64,000 nucleotides of DNA from the NCBI RefSeq assembly GCF_032444005.1, contig NC_091282.1, positions 60,636,001 through 60,700,000 of the forward strand. Direction: 5' to 3'. The position numbers were made by a program, and so were the translations under genes. This stretch comes from Ranitomeya imitator (Eukaryota). The notes below the pieces were generated by a model. The model was not told the DNA's origin and ran no database searches. It saw only the letters and a program-made list of their open reading frames with translations. Position 1 is the stretch's first letter, and each line of letters opens with the position of its first letter. Shown in pieces: positions 1-11,009 of this stretch.

Positions 1-902
1 CAATAATTAGAAAATGGAAGACATACAAGACCACTGATAATCTCCCTCGATCTGGGGCTCAATGCAAAATCCCACCCCGTGGGGTCAGAATGATCACAAG
101 AACGGTGAGCAAAAATCCCAGAACCATGCGGGGGGACCTAGTGAATGAACTGCAGAGAGCTGGGACCAATGTAACAAGGCCTACCATAAGTAACACACTA
201 CGCCACCATGGACTCAGATCCTGCAGTGCCAGACGTGTCCCACTGCTTAAGCCAGTACATGTCCGGGCCCGTCTGAAGTTTGCTAGAGAGCATTTGGATG
301 ATCCAGAGGAGTTTTGGGAGAATGTCCTATGGTCTGATGAAACCAAACTGGAACTGTTTGGTAGAAACAAAACTTGTCGTGTTTGGAGGAAAAAGAATAC
401 TGAGTTGCATCCATCAAACACCATACCTACTGTAAAGCATGGTGGTGGAAACATCATGCTTTGGGGCTGTTTCTCTGCAAAGGGGCCAGGATGACTGATC
501 CGGGTACATGAAAGAATGAATAGGGCCATGTATCGTGAGATTTTGAGTGCAAACCTCCTTCCATCAGCAAGGGCATTGAAGATGAAACGTGGCTGGGTCT
601 TTCAACATGTCAATGATCCAAAGCACACCGCCAGGGCAACGAAGGAGTGGCTTCGTAAGAAGCATTTCAAGGTCCTGGAGTGGCCTAGCCAGTCTCCAGA
701 TCTCAACCCTATAGAAAACCTATGGAGGGAGTTGAAAGTCCGTGTTGCCAAGCGAAAAGCCAAAAACATCACTGCTCTAGAGGAGATCTGCATGGAGGAA
801 TGGGCCAACATACCAACAACAGTGTGTGGCAACCTTGTGAAGACTTACAGAAAACGTTTAACCTCTGTCATTGCCAACAAAGGATTTATTACAAAGTATT
901 GA
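1..902 (+). pseudogene. Tc1 transposase pseudogene
   Basis: ORFs 90-494 and 516-902 are separated by a premature TGA at 492-494; the second catalytic Asp reads Val (FQHVND instead of QxDND). Confidence 0.9.
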
Positions 903-1118
903 GATGAAATTTTGTTTCTGACCAAATACTTATTTTCCACCATAATATGCAAATAAATTGTTAAAAAAACAGACAATGTGATTTTCTGGACTTTTTTTTC
1001 TCAGTTTGTCTCCCATAGTTGAGGTCTACCTATGATGTAAATTACAGACGCCTCTCATCTTTTTAAGTGGTGGAACTTGCACTATTGCTGACTGACTAAA
1101 TACTTTTTTGCCCCACTG
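1..1118 (+). mobile_element. Tc1-family DNA transposon, 5' part outside the window, inactive
   Basis: Transposase fragments ([24 protein letters not shown], ...ITKY*); right terminus ...TACTTTTTTGCCCCACTG followed by TA at 1119-1120. Confidence 0.93.
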
Positions 1119-1579
1119 TATGTCACAAAGAAAAAATCTCAGAAACAGTTGAACTCAGAATCCGTTGAACTGTTCCAGAGTTATTACAACATAAATTAAT
1201 ACTGGTCAGAATTATAACATTTGGCCTAGTCATGAATGTGAAAACAGCCTTGGGGTGTAAAAGGGTTAACTGGCGTTGTTTTTGGTTCTTGTTACAAGAA
1301 ATCTGTCATTGTCCGTGCATATAATTGAGGCATTCTACTTTATTTTGCATTACCCTGTGTGCAGCCATGCTCAAAGAGGATCACCTATCCAGCCTCCCTT
1401 GCTGGCCTAATGTTTTCTACCATAGCTGACAACACAAATATTCTGACGACACCACTATTTAAAGCAAATCTTCAATATGGGCCCTGTGCAGAGTTAATTA
1501 AACACTCTTTGGAGTATAAAAAGTATGATCGCCCCTAAATACTTCTGCTGAGTGTTCCTTTGATAATGGAGTGGTGAGA

Positions 1580-2110
1580 GTGACTGTCCCATCATCATGA
1601 AATCAAATGTTTTCCTGGAGTTTTGACAGTAGATCTGATCCCAGAAGATTTACTGGGCAGGTTGAAGAGACTACTATTTCCTGTATAGGTTGGTGGCCTA
1701 TGTGTAGGTGTCTGGTCATCGGGGTGTACCGTAAATTTCCATCCACCCCCACACAAGGCACAACTTCATCTGCGAGACAATCTGGGTTTGATAAGTCAAT
1801 GTTCCTTATTACAGTTCTGGCTGCACCAGGAAATTGAGGGGTTTACCCTCAACCTCTATCTGGATTGTGTGGGTTGGCTAACTTGGCTGTTTTGTAGGGT
1901 GTAAAAGTATAAGTGGTCCTGGTGTTTGTGGTGGATCCGGCTTGGCAATGTCCTATTGTGGCTTGGAGCCCTGTGACCCCTGGGGTGGTTCACACTGTTG
2001 TCCTGGTTTCCATTTCTGGGGAGCTGATCTGTAGTTCCTTTTCAGGTGTCCTACTTTGCCACAGTTGTAGCAGGTGATCCTGGGTCTCTTTGTGTTTATG
2101 ATCTATGGGG
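1580..2110 (-). mobile_element. Retrovirus-like (ERV) gag-pro relic
   Basis: Manual minus-strand translation: CCHC knuckle CYNCGKVGHLKRNY (2072-2031, last Cys lost), protease N-term VEGKPLNFLV..AARTVI with the DTG codons missing, and CPVNLLGSDLLSKL near 1660-1620. Confidence 0.65.
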
Positions 2111-3559
2111 AATCTTGTGCCACTAGAAGGTTGATGCGAGACCTGGCTGGCTGATTCATCTCCAGACCTTTTTCCTCTGTGTAGAGTATGTCTGTATCTA
2201 ATCTCTGGTATTGTGGTCCTGTGTGGAAATGAGCAAACGTGTTCGGAAACTATTCATCAATTTCAAATTCGGCACGAACGTAGCACATTCGGATTCGTGT
2301 TCGCTTTCACGAGCGTTTTTACTCAAAGCCGGCAAAATTCGGTCACAGTTCAGTAAATCATCGTGTTTCCACTAATGCTTTTGTTATTATTTTGGCTAGG
2401 ATAGTGGTGCTGTATGATGAGCTGGTGGCGCGGGTGGACGTGTACTTACCCCCTTATATAAAGCAATCTGCGAAATGCGCATCAGGGGCCACCTGGGGTG
2501 CTGTCTTAGTCCAGACTCACTATGGGTAAGCTTGGTAATGGGTGATGGAACTCTGATATGGCCATTTTATATGGGTATTTGCTTATTTCATTGCTGACTT
2601 ATATATATTATTACTTTGGTATAGTTGCAGCATTTTCTCATTCAGCTTTTTCCGTAGTCCATTTACATGTTTGACCATTCACTCACTCCCTATTTACCAC
2701 TTTGTCCTCCTTTGCTTAAATTATTATGTGTATATGGATTTTGTGTGATCTGTTTTTATATAATTGTACAATTAAAATCTTTTGTAATTTTTATCCATAC
2801 TGTGGCTTGTCGCTACTCCCTTTTCCTTTGTGGTTGTGACTATTGTATTTGGCGTACTCCACTATATTATTGCTTCTATACGTTAGTGAGGAGAGCTTGA
2901 TTGCAATTTTCGCTTGACCCCATTACTTCATTGGTGTTTTTTAATTATTGTTTCCATAATGTAAAGAACGTGTCCCCAGAATCAGCCTTGTATATACACT
3001 GCACAAGCAGGAGATTTGGGCAGATTTGAGCTCAGAAACCTCAGTGAGCTTGTTATACAAATTGTTGTTTGCTTTTATACATTTTAGTCATCTCAGCTGT
3101 CGTTTGCTGACTGTAAGTAAGTCTTTTCCATCCTTTAATGTTTATTGATCTCACTTCCTCCTCCAAATATTTAAAGTTTTTCAACTGTGAACTTGAATTA
3201 TTTATGTGACTCTAATTAGCAGTTAATGGCACTGAGACAATGCAGTCTTGTTATTAGGTGTGACCACCACTAATTAATAAAAGTTACTTTATTGATGACT
3301 CAAGTTAGTCACTGTCTACATTGAATTATCCAAGTTACAGGTTTGTGTAAAATCAAAAGGCTAATGGGAAGGCAAATTGTTGTAGGCTTTCCAGCAATGC
3401 CACACCTTTTCCATATGTGTAAATGGAGATTCTTGACATGTAGCATGTCTTGAACATAAGAAAATTATAGTGCCAGTGAAACTTATAGAGCGGTCACCCC
3501 CAGCTGTGCCCCACATACTTTCTCCTTGTATTGCGGAGATAAGAATCATAGACTGCATC

Positions 3560-4060
3560 ATCATCGCTCCTGCTATACACTGTGGTCATCCAATCATTTG
3601 GATCCCCTGATGAACCCCAAAGAAAGGGGCGAAACGCGTCATAAGTACATAATGAAGATGATAGACTGAGATATGTATGGCAATTAATATCGTTCCTGGG
3701 ATTTCCTACCGTGATGAGTTGTCAATATCCTTCGTGGAATTGTCCTGGAGATTGGTCATTTGTGTAGTCTTTTAGTGATGTTTGAATTTCAATTCCTTGG
3801 GACATGTGGTACTTATCACTTGTCCTGCCTTTTTGTAGCACAGTTATGTAATAAATAGGATGTTTAGGGACACTCATCATTGAGTGGGGCGCCATGTTGT
3901 CATATTAGGGTGCCAAACGTTTAGGATGTTAGACGTGTCACCTTTCCGTGGTTGATGGGCACACATGAATTGTCCAATTTATGCACTAAGAACCTTCACT
4001 TTTTGTAACTATTTAGACTTTGATCACAGTTTGATCAGAGTTTAGTCCAAGGGCCATCAG
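3560..4060 (+). mobile_element. Probable Penelope-like element pLTR remnant with hammerhead core
   Basis: CTGATGA-A-CCCC/GGGG-C-GAAA-CGCG-TC at 3607-3640, the minimal hammerhead layout known from Penelope-like elements; boundaries approximate. Confidence 0.45.
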
Positions 4061-4262
4061 ATTTTCGTGTACTTGGAAAGAAACAAAAAGGTTCTTCATC
4101 TTCTCTTTTGTGACTCATAGGCATGCAATTTCAATTTTGGTCCGACCCTCAAATCAGAATTGGACACAGGCACAGCCCCACAGGCTATCATAAATACATA
4201 TGTTACCTATGAAAACCACAGATAGCACTTGCACAAGAAAATCAGATGTGTGAACGAGCCCC

Positions 4263-4440
4263 TAGAGGAACCCGTAGTTGAAATTGTATGCTAATGATTG
4301 CAATGGTAGTGCATGGGACATTGCCCAGGAGGCAGCCAGCTAGCGGGGAATAGGGAGTTAAGGAGGATAACTGCCAGTGCAAGGTCCAACCCTACTGCAC
4401 TTGCAATTTATTATCATACAATTTCAACTATGGATTTCTC
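4263..4440. mobile_element. Small degenerate fold-back MITE
   Basis: Inverted arms GTAGTTGAAATTGTATG and CATACAATTTCAACTAT near the two ends. Confidence 0.55.
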
Positions 4441-4609
4441 CAACACAACTAAATGAATTTCTTCAAGAAATTAAACATTAAAGTGCCTTTACATACAAGC
4501 CATTAGTTTAGAGAATACATTTTCACAGCAGATTCTCTGTAATAACATCATTTCATTTTTTTAATCATCACACACTGCAATCACAAACCAAGAGGGCAGT
4601 TAAATTCTT

Positions 4610-5260
4610 TAAAGATGCAGCCAATGTTAACATTTTTGTTTTCATTTTTCCTCTTCTTTTTCTAATAGCCATAACTTTTTTATATTTGTCCTCTAAAACC
4701 TCACAAATGTTTGATTTTTTGTCAAATAGTTTGTAGTTTTGAGCTGCAACATTTTATTTTATTATTAATTTAATTTATTTATTTACAGTAATTTATTTAT
4801 TTAAATTATTATTAATTCATTATCAATTTTACAAATTAAGAAAAATGACCAAAAAAATGCAATTCTGCCATTGTTTTTTGGATTTTACTTTTATTTTTTA
4901 TTTTATTTGTATGGTGTGCATTGTGTAGTAAAAGTGATCTGAAAACATGATTCTCCAGGCCAGTTCGGTCATGGAGAGACTAAACATGTGTAGATTTTTT
5001 TTTTATTATGTTTTTGGCTTAAAAAAAATTAGAATTCTGTAAAAAAATAAATTTTTGCTTTTATACTCATTTTTCGAGTCCCGTAACTTTTCTGGACACG
5101 GTGGTACCAAATATCTATGTGCTTTTTACATTTATTTAGTGGTACATGAGGAAAAATAGGATAATTTTAAATTTTATATTTTGTTTTATATATTTTTTAT
5201 ATTTTGTGAAACTTTTTTGTCTTTTCCACTTTTTTGTCTTATTTTCTAGCCCTCTCAAGA
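4610..5260 (+). mobile_element. Old degraded relative of the TTAA-flanked 1.25-kb element family
   Basis: Shares diverged blocks (AGCCATAACTTTTT, TGCAATTC, ATGATTCTCCAGG, AAACATGTGTAGAT) with 34655-35909; ends not recognisable. Confidence 0.45.
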
Positions 5261-7159
5261 GACTAAGTATATTATAGAGAAGGAAGATGGGTATTTAACC
5301 CAGCGTCAGGCTGCATTCCATGTAAGTAAAACTCAACTTCTATTAGACATGTTAAAAAGAACTTCAGGTATCAATAGGACTAAATACTCAAATAAAGACC
5401 ACATAAACATAAATTTGGAAACTTCCAAAAACATAAATATATCCAAAACAATTAATTATAAGGGTATGTAACAAAGGCAGAGTGAATCCCGGGTAGCCAA
5501 ATTCATGGATGTAACATATGTCACAGGTAAGTAAAGGTGCACAAATGTTAAGGTGGCGATAACCACATAGGAAGTATACCGTATATCGTAAAGACAAAGT
5601 GAATGCCAAGTGGACTAATTAGTCAATATAAATACGTGGCAATCGAGATCATGCAATAAAGTTTTGTACAGATAAAAAATATATGAAGAAAATAGATGAA
5701 AAAATGAATATTGCACACAGGCCCATGAACATAAGAGGATGCCAAAAACAAGGCATGAATTGTAGTAGACAGCCATGATAAGTGTGAATACACACAAAGA
5801 GTCAACAAGGAATGTTTCACAAATATTGAAAAAATGATGTGCTAAAGTGCAAGTGCACAGGAAATGGAAGCATGTAATAGGTAGTAGGCAAGTGCAAGTG
5901 TAGCAAAATACAAAAGAAATTACATGAGGACTAAGTGAGAGTGCTGCCAATACCTGGATAGTGAGGATGCTCAGGCGGACAAAACACCGACACACGTTTT
6001 GCAGCCGATTCTTCCTGAGGGGGCTGTGGATGCAGGGGGATGATAGTGTCGTCTATTTGTAATTTGTATGCTGCGGTATAGATGGCGCTCATCTCCGTTG
6101 TGCATGGAGCTGGAAGCAGTGCGTCCAGTGCCCCATGTCATCAGTCCCTGCCCTCCTCCGACGTGTTTGTAGGTGGAAGGGGAGGATGATGCTCAGGAAT
6201 GTGTTACCACAGCAACCTGGTCCGGTTGAGATGCTGATAGATGGTGAGGGGAACAGCAGTGTGTATGAAGTATAGTAAGGTATCAGACAGTGTGTGGGAA
6301 GGGACAGGGCTGTAATGGTGGCATGCAACGATGTGTGGAGGGGTGCTACACAAGGGACAAATGAGGGTGCGAATAGGCCTAAATTGCATGAGGCGTACTT
6401 CCCCCATTAATGTGCAAGCTTGATGTGTCTACACAGCTAAATGTCCCAGTATGTAAGTAATTGATGTAAATCCCTGGCTTCTAGTCATGTGGGTGGCCCT
6501 GGATATTGGTCCAGTCACGCTCCTCCAGCCCGTAGTCATGTCCTTCGCAGTTTGATTGATCCACTGAGCTGACCCAACATTCTGGCCATCTTTGAGGAAA
6601 TCCTATTTCTGTACGCTGACCACCAGCTTACCGGCCATGTGCATTGAACCTGGATATGCATTCTCATCTTCTTTTGATCTGCGCATGCTCCACAAGCCGA
6701 AAATACTCAGAGGCTCCATGCACACTGAGTAGTGAGCAGAGAATCGGGTGGGGTAGCTGTATTTTTATACATAGCTTTTTATGTTTTTAACTCTTTCCGG
6801 GCCTTCATCCGGCTGGCAGTCATTTTTTCATATTAGTGCAAATCAGATCTTGAAAAATGTGAAATCTGGAAATTCATGGAATATTCAATTCTTACAGATT
6901 CATTTACTCAACACTAATCATGACACTGCACAATGTAACACAAAATTCAAAGAAAGTTGTACATGTTGCTATACCTGGCACAACACCTTACTCAATACAT
7001 GTAAGTAGGCATAGTTTTGCCTAAGTTGCACTAAAAAGGGCCGTTAAAGTAGATAAACTGATGCACAAGAGTGTAACAATCAAAGTCGAGGTGAGGGAGA
7101 AGGTTAGAAGAATCATTTAATTAAATGTGTTAGAGAACAGTGGCCAAACAGGAAGCATT

Positions 7160-7450
7160 ATTACAGGATGGGCCCAGGAGCTGGGACAATATACCAAGAA
7201 GGTGCCCAGGATGGAGGACATATATCACTTGAGGGGTCCATAGTGGGGAAATTACACCAGGATAAGTGACATAAATATGAAGGGACCCAGGATGAGGAAC
7301 ATTGTTACTGGAAAGAGCACTTGATGTTCAACATTATTACTGCAAGGTGCCCAGGTTGGGGTACATTATTACTGGAAGGGGCATGGAATAGAAGAAATGA
7401 TAGCAGGAAGGGACCTATGATGGATGACATTAATACAGGTTGGGGAACTT
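7160..7450. repeat. Degenerate ~30-35 bp minisatellite
   Basis: Recurring CCCAGG(A/T)TGG..ACATTATTACT(G/A)GAAGG-like units. Confidence 0.55.
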
Positions 7451-7791
7451 TATGATTGTTATAATTGTGCTACAACTCACTTGGGAAAATAGATAATAAA
7501 CTAAACCCTGCTGGTGCCTGTCCGACATAGAGATCCTTACAAGCAGTCGCCAAAGGTTCCTGCATGAGTAGAGTTAGCCCTAACCAAAGACTAGAAGATG
7601 GCAGCTTGGACCTAAACCACCTGATAAGCAGTTGAGCACTAAACGATGCTCCTAAAAGGGCAGAGCAGAGACTAAATTACCTATAAAAGGGAAAATGTGC
7701 TAAAAAATGAAAGATTCAAGAGAGATAAAAGTTATTTACGAAAAACAAAATAAAGTATAAAGTACGTAGTGTTAGAATATATGCTGCCTAC

Positions 7792-8256
7792 TAGGGTTGA
7801 GCGACTTTTACTTTTTTAAGGTCGAGTCGGGTTTCGCGAAACCCGACTATCTCAAAAGTCGAGTCGAGTGAAATCGGCCGATTATGGCGAAAAGTCGGGG
7901 ATCGACCGAAACACGAAACCCAATGCAAAGTCAATGGGAAATCTATCTTTTTTTTTTTTCTCTCTCTCTCTCTCTCTCTCTCTCCTCCATCCCTGAACAG
8001 AAAAGCTGGTGTTACACATTGCAAATCGCTACAGCGCACAAGCGACAAGATGGCGATAGGCGTCCACGCCCCTAAGACCTATGTCATCACTCTGCCCACG
8101 CTCCTTCATTGGCTGAAAAAAATGGCGCCAAACGCGTCATACGAAACGCGACTGCATGGCTGATCCCACACTAGGATCGGGTCGGGTTTCATGAAACCCG
8201 ACTTTGCCAAAAGTCGGCGACTTTTGAATTTGTCCGATCTGTTTCGCTCAAGCCTA
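7792..8256. mobile_element. hAT-type MITE
   Basis: TIR TAGGGTTGAGCGA / TCGCTCAAGCCTA; exact 8-bp TSD CTGCCTAC at 7784-7791 and 8257-8264; internal (CT)n. Confidence 0.9.
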
Positions 8257-9404
8257 CTGCCTACTTCTTAAAAAATAAACAGAAGGTAGGTGTAAAGTAA
8301 AGAACAGACCTAGCAAGAAGATTAACCCTAGCTGGAATTTCACTGACTGGCTTTAAACTATAACTGAATGGCTGAACATCCAAAAGAAACTATCACCAGC
8401 AGGAAATACCCGCTGGGGGAAAGTGTATAGCCACACATGAAAGGTGATAGGGCATACAAATGAGTAAACAAAAACACCTGTTACCTTCTCTCTGGAGGAA
8501 AGGTAAAACTGCTGTGGCTCAGTGGCTAGAGAAGCCAACCACAAAGCCAAGGCTCAAGGGTTTAAACCCAGATGCTTGACAATTATATTATGGGGGGACG
8601 GGAATTACACATATGTCTTTATAGGATTTAGAATTCTACAAGGGCTAATACAACTGACCAACATGGAAGAGGGAGCACAGCAATATTATTTTTTATCCAT
8701 TTTGTATGGTGTCACTATCTAATTTAAAGACATAAAATTTGAATTTGATGGCAAATTTTCAATATTTTCATAAATAAATGTAAATCAATTCAACCAACAT
8801 TTACTACTATCATGATGTTCAATGTGTCATGAAAAAAACATTCTCAAAATCACTTGGATGTGTTTAACCCCTTAACCCCCAGAGCTTTTTTCAGTTTTGC
8901 ATTTTCGTTTTTCGCTCCCCTCCTTCCCAGAGCCATAACTTTTTTTTTCCATCAATATGGCCATAAGGGGCTTATTTTTTGCAGGACAAGTTGTACTTTT
9001 GAATGGTTCCATTGGTTTTACCATGTCATGTACTAGAAAACGGAAAATTTTTTTAACCCCTTCCCGACCTTTGACGCATACGCTGCGTCATGAAAGTCGG
9101 TGCCATTCCGACCCATGACGCAGCATATGCGTCATGGAAAGATCGCGTCCCTGCAGGCCGGGTGAAAGGGTTAACTCCCATTTCACCCGATCTGCAGGGA
9201 CAGGGGGAGTGGTAGTTTAGCCCAGGGGGGGTGGCTTCACCCCCTCGTGGCTACGATCGCTCTGATTGGCTGTTGAAAGTGAAACTGCCAATCAGAGCGA
9301 TTTGTAATGTTTCACCTAAAAAACTGGTGAAATATTACAATCCAGCCATGGCCGATGCTGCAATATCATCGGCCATGGCTGGAAACACTTATGTGCACCC
9401 ACCC

Positions 9405-9725
9405 CACCCCTCCGATCGCCCCCCCAGCCCCCCGATCTGTGGTCCGCTCCCCTCCGTCCTGTGCTCCGCTCCCCCGTCCTCCTGTCCGCTTCCCCCGTGC
9501 ACCAATCACACCCCCCGCGCTCCAATCAAACCCCCCCGCACTCCGATCCCCCCCCCGCACACAGCGACCCCCCCCCCCGTGCTCCGATCCACCCCACCGC
9601 ACAGCGATCCCTCACCCCGTGCTCCAATCCTCCCCCGTGCTCCAATCCTCCCTCCCGTGTTCCGATCCACCCCCCCCATGCTCCGATCCACCCCCCCGTG
9701 CTCCGACGCCCCCCCCGTGCCCTGA
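9405..9725. repeat. C-rich ~19-20 bp minisatellite (CCCCCCGTGCTCCGATCCA-like)
   Basis: Repeated GTGCTCC(G/A)ATCC units; source of the Pro-rich/Gly-rich ORFs in the track. Confidence 0.85.
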
Positions 9726-9994
9726 TCTCCCCCCTTATACTTACCTGGCCGCCCGAGGTACGTCCGTCTTCTTTCCTGGGCGTCGCCATCTTCCAAAATG
9801 GCGGGCGCATGTGCAGTGCGCCCGCCGAATCTGCCAGCCGGCAGATTCAATCCAGAGTGAATTTTGATCACTGAGATATAACCTATCTCAGTGATCAAAA
9901 TAAAAAAAATAGTAAATGACCCCCCCCCCCCTTTGTCACCCCCATAGATAGGGACAATAAAAAAAATAAAGAAATTTTTTTTTTTTCACTAAGG

Positions 9995-10172
9995 NNNNNN
10001 NNNNNNNNNNNNNNNNNNNNNNNNNNNNNNNNNNNNNNNNNNNNNNNNNNNNNNNNNNNNNNNNNNNNNNNNNNNNNNNNNNNNNNNNNNNNNNNNNNNN
10101 NNNNNNNNNNNNNNNNNNNNNNNNNNNNNNNNNNNNNNNNNNNNNNNNNNNNNNNNNNNNNNNNNNNNNNNN
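9995..10172. other. Assembly gap (178 N)
   Basis: Run of n characters. Confidence 1.
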
Positions 10173-10503
10173 CATATTCTGGTCCTATGCGGATTTTTCC
10201 GCAGCGGATTTGAAAAATCCACAGTGCTAAACCGCTGCCGATTTATCGTGGATTTACCGCGGTTTTTCTGCGCATTTCACTGCGGTTTTACAACTGCGAT
10301 TTTCTATTGGAGCAGTTGTAAAACCGCTGCGGAATCCGCAGAAACAAGTGACATGCTGCGGAATGTAAACCGCTGCGTTTCCGTGCAGTTTTTCCGCAGC
10401 ATGTGTACAGCGATTTTTGGTTCCCATAGGTTCACATTGAACTGTAAACTCATGGGAAACTGCTGTGGATCCGCAGCATTTTCTGCAGCGTGTGCACATA
10501 CCT
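10173..10503. mobile_element. Harbinger-type MITE, left end lost in the gap
   Basis: GCGGA/TCCGC-rich body ending CGTGTGCACATACC before TTTA; same family style as 10513-10856. Confidence 0.7.
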
Positions 10504-10512
10504 TTAGAATTA

Positions 10513-10856
10513 GGCTATGTGCACACGGTGCGGATTTGGCTGAGGATCCGCAGCAGTGTTCCATCAGGTTTACAGTACCATGTAAACATATGGAAAACCA
10601 AATCCGCTGTGCCCATGGTGCGGAAAATACCGCACGGGAACGCTGCGTTGTATTTTCCGCAGCATGCCAATTCTTTGTGCGGATTCCGCAGCGTTTTACA
10701 CCTGTTCCTCAATAGGAATCCGCAGGTGAAATCCGCACAAAAAACACTGGAAATCCGCGGAAAATCCGCAGGTAAAACGTAGTGCCTTTTACCCGCGGAT
10801 TTTTCAAAAATGGTGCTGAAAAATCTCATACGAATCCGCAACGTTGGCACATAGCC
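10513..10856. mobile_element. PIF/Harbinger-type MITE
   Basis: TIR GGCTATGTGCACAC / GGCACATAGCC; 3-bp TSD TTA on both sides (10510-10512, 10857-10859). Confidence 0.85.
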
Positions 10857-11005
10857 TTAGGGTTGGGTTGGAATTAGGGTTGTGGTTAGTTTTAGGGGTG
10901 TGTTGGGGTTAGGGTTGTGGTTAGGGGTGTGTTGGGGTTAGGGTTGTGATTAGGGTTATGGCTACAGTTGGGATTAGGGTTAGGGGTGTGTTGGGGTTAG
11001 TGTTG
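10857..11005 (+). repeat. Degenerate telomere-like (TTAGGG) tract
   Basis: Nine exact TTAGGG hexamers interspersed with TTGGGG/TTGTGG variants. Confidence 0.8.
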
Positions 11006-11009
11006 GAGG

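Noticed and set aside
2449-2488. Hammerhead-like CCCC..GCGAAATGCGCATCAGGGG
   Set aside because: CUGAUGA core is destroyed (TTATATAA); at most a dead Penelope relic.
5985-6025. Minus-strand hammerhead-like motif in a probable Penelope remnant (5300-6700)
   Set aside because: Both core boxes are mutated (CTCAGGA, AAAA); no convincing RT or GIY-YIG translation nearby.
9231-9898. Several overlapping Pro-rich/Gly-rich ORFs (130-170 aa)
   Set aside because: Translation artefacts of the C-rich minisatellite inside a non-autonomous element.
10857-11005. True telomere or chromosome-fusion scar
   Set aside because: Repeats are degenerate, single-orientation and internal to a TTAA-bounded element; no head-to-head TTAGGG/CCCTAA junction.
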